Positions 63,193 to 64,000 of a DNA stretch of 64,000 nucleotides are shown here, in pieces. Below the pieces are notes generated by a model. That model searched no databases. It saw nothing but the letters and a program-made list of their open reading frames with translations, and was not told the origin of the DNA. The position numbers and the translations under genes are program-made. This stretch comes from Eledone cirrhosa. Taxonomy: Eukaryota. Every line of letters begins with the position of its first letter. Position 1 is the stretch's first letter. The stretch covers positions 240,374,001 to 240,438,000 of the forward strand of contig OZ024742.1 in NCBI GenBank assembly GCA_964016885.1, read 5' to 3'.

Positions 63193-64000
63193 AATCACCT
63201 TGCCTTGTTTTACATTATTTGTCATGGTATCACCTCTATAATGAGGATGCCTGACAGTGGCACAAAATAATAAATGGTGGTAGGTGGTGTCCATTAACCC
63301 TTTTGATACCAACCTCATTGATAAGTTTGTCCATTTTAAAGTCTTCATATTTAAATTTAAAACTTCCATCATGAGCTGTTCTGCTAGAGAATGGGTCGTG
63401 GGTGGTAGATAGCAATATGGCCACTACATATGATGGTTACTTGCAATATAAGTTGGTTCCTGCTGGATGTATAAGCAACCTAGACCAAATAGTGGTAAGC
63501 TACTAGAGGAGATGGAGCAATGGGTGACCAGTTAACTCTCAAGAAAACTCTCATAACCCAGCGATGTAGTTGCAAGATGAGTAAGGGCTGCCTTTATAAA
63601 TGCCAAGTCATTGCAGGTCTGAGAAAAGAAAATTACCAAATTGGTAACTGGTGTGTATTATTGTCAGATGCAATAAAAGCAATCATACCGCATTGTCTTT
63701 TACGCAGGTTAACAAAGGACGTTTTGGGGCCTTATGTTGAGGGGCCTGTTTGAAAAATATATTTTAGTCTCCAGCCATAATTTTATGTAAGAATGTTTTA
63801 TGTTCTAAATACAAACTTAATGAACAAGATATTTTATTAAAACCTTCCAAATTGTTGATTATTTTCAAAATTAATTGAAATATATTCAGTGTATTTTGTG
63901 AAATATATAGTCATAAAAGGGTTATATGGCTGTTATTTTGTTGACTCTGGCAGAAAAAAAAATTGTAGTAGTAGTAGTGGTAGTGATGTTGGTCATGGTA

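Noticed and set aside
63775-63810. FYVRM-like string as a possible RRM3 exon of the RBM46-like gene
   Set aside because: Preceded by an in-frame stop and part of the family-3 TTAA MITE body (same sequence at ~22483).

Overview
AT-rich, repeat-dense animal DNA. The SINE/RTE/MITE landscape and (TA)n/(CA)n tracts suggest a cephalopod, probably Octopus (inference). Two spliced protein-coding genes lie on the + strand. (1) The last eight coding exons of C2CD5 (729-13578): all introns are GT-AG, phases are consistent and the stop is TGA at 13576-13578. (2) The first coding exon (51247-51975, 243 codons, RRM1+RRM2) of an RBM46/RBM47/A1CF-family RNA-binding protein, with no further exon recognised in the window. 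The rest is intronic or intergenic and dominated by mobile DNA: tRNA-derived SINEs, RTE, CR1-like and CRE-like LINE fragments, three TTAA (piggyBac-type) MITE families, two copies of a non-autonomous Helitron, a Tc1/mariner remnant, and a young Merlin-type MITE with perfect 95-bp TIRs and an 8-bp TSD. There are several minisatellites and one 200-N gap. The most unusual observations are five degenerate Penelope-type hammerhead-ribozyme motifs, a 132-bp indel-free fold-back in the RBM46-like intron, a pre-miRNA-sized hairpin made of two SINE heads, and reciprocal filled/empty SINE sites in the two Helitron copies. I found no convincing evidence of a wholly new multi-gene system. All family assignments come from recalled motifs, not database searches.
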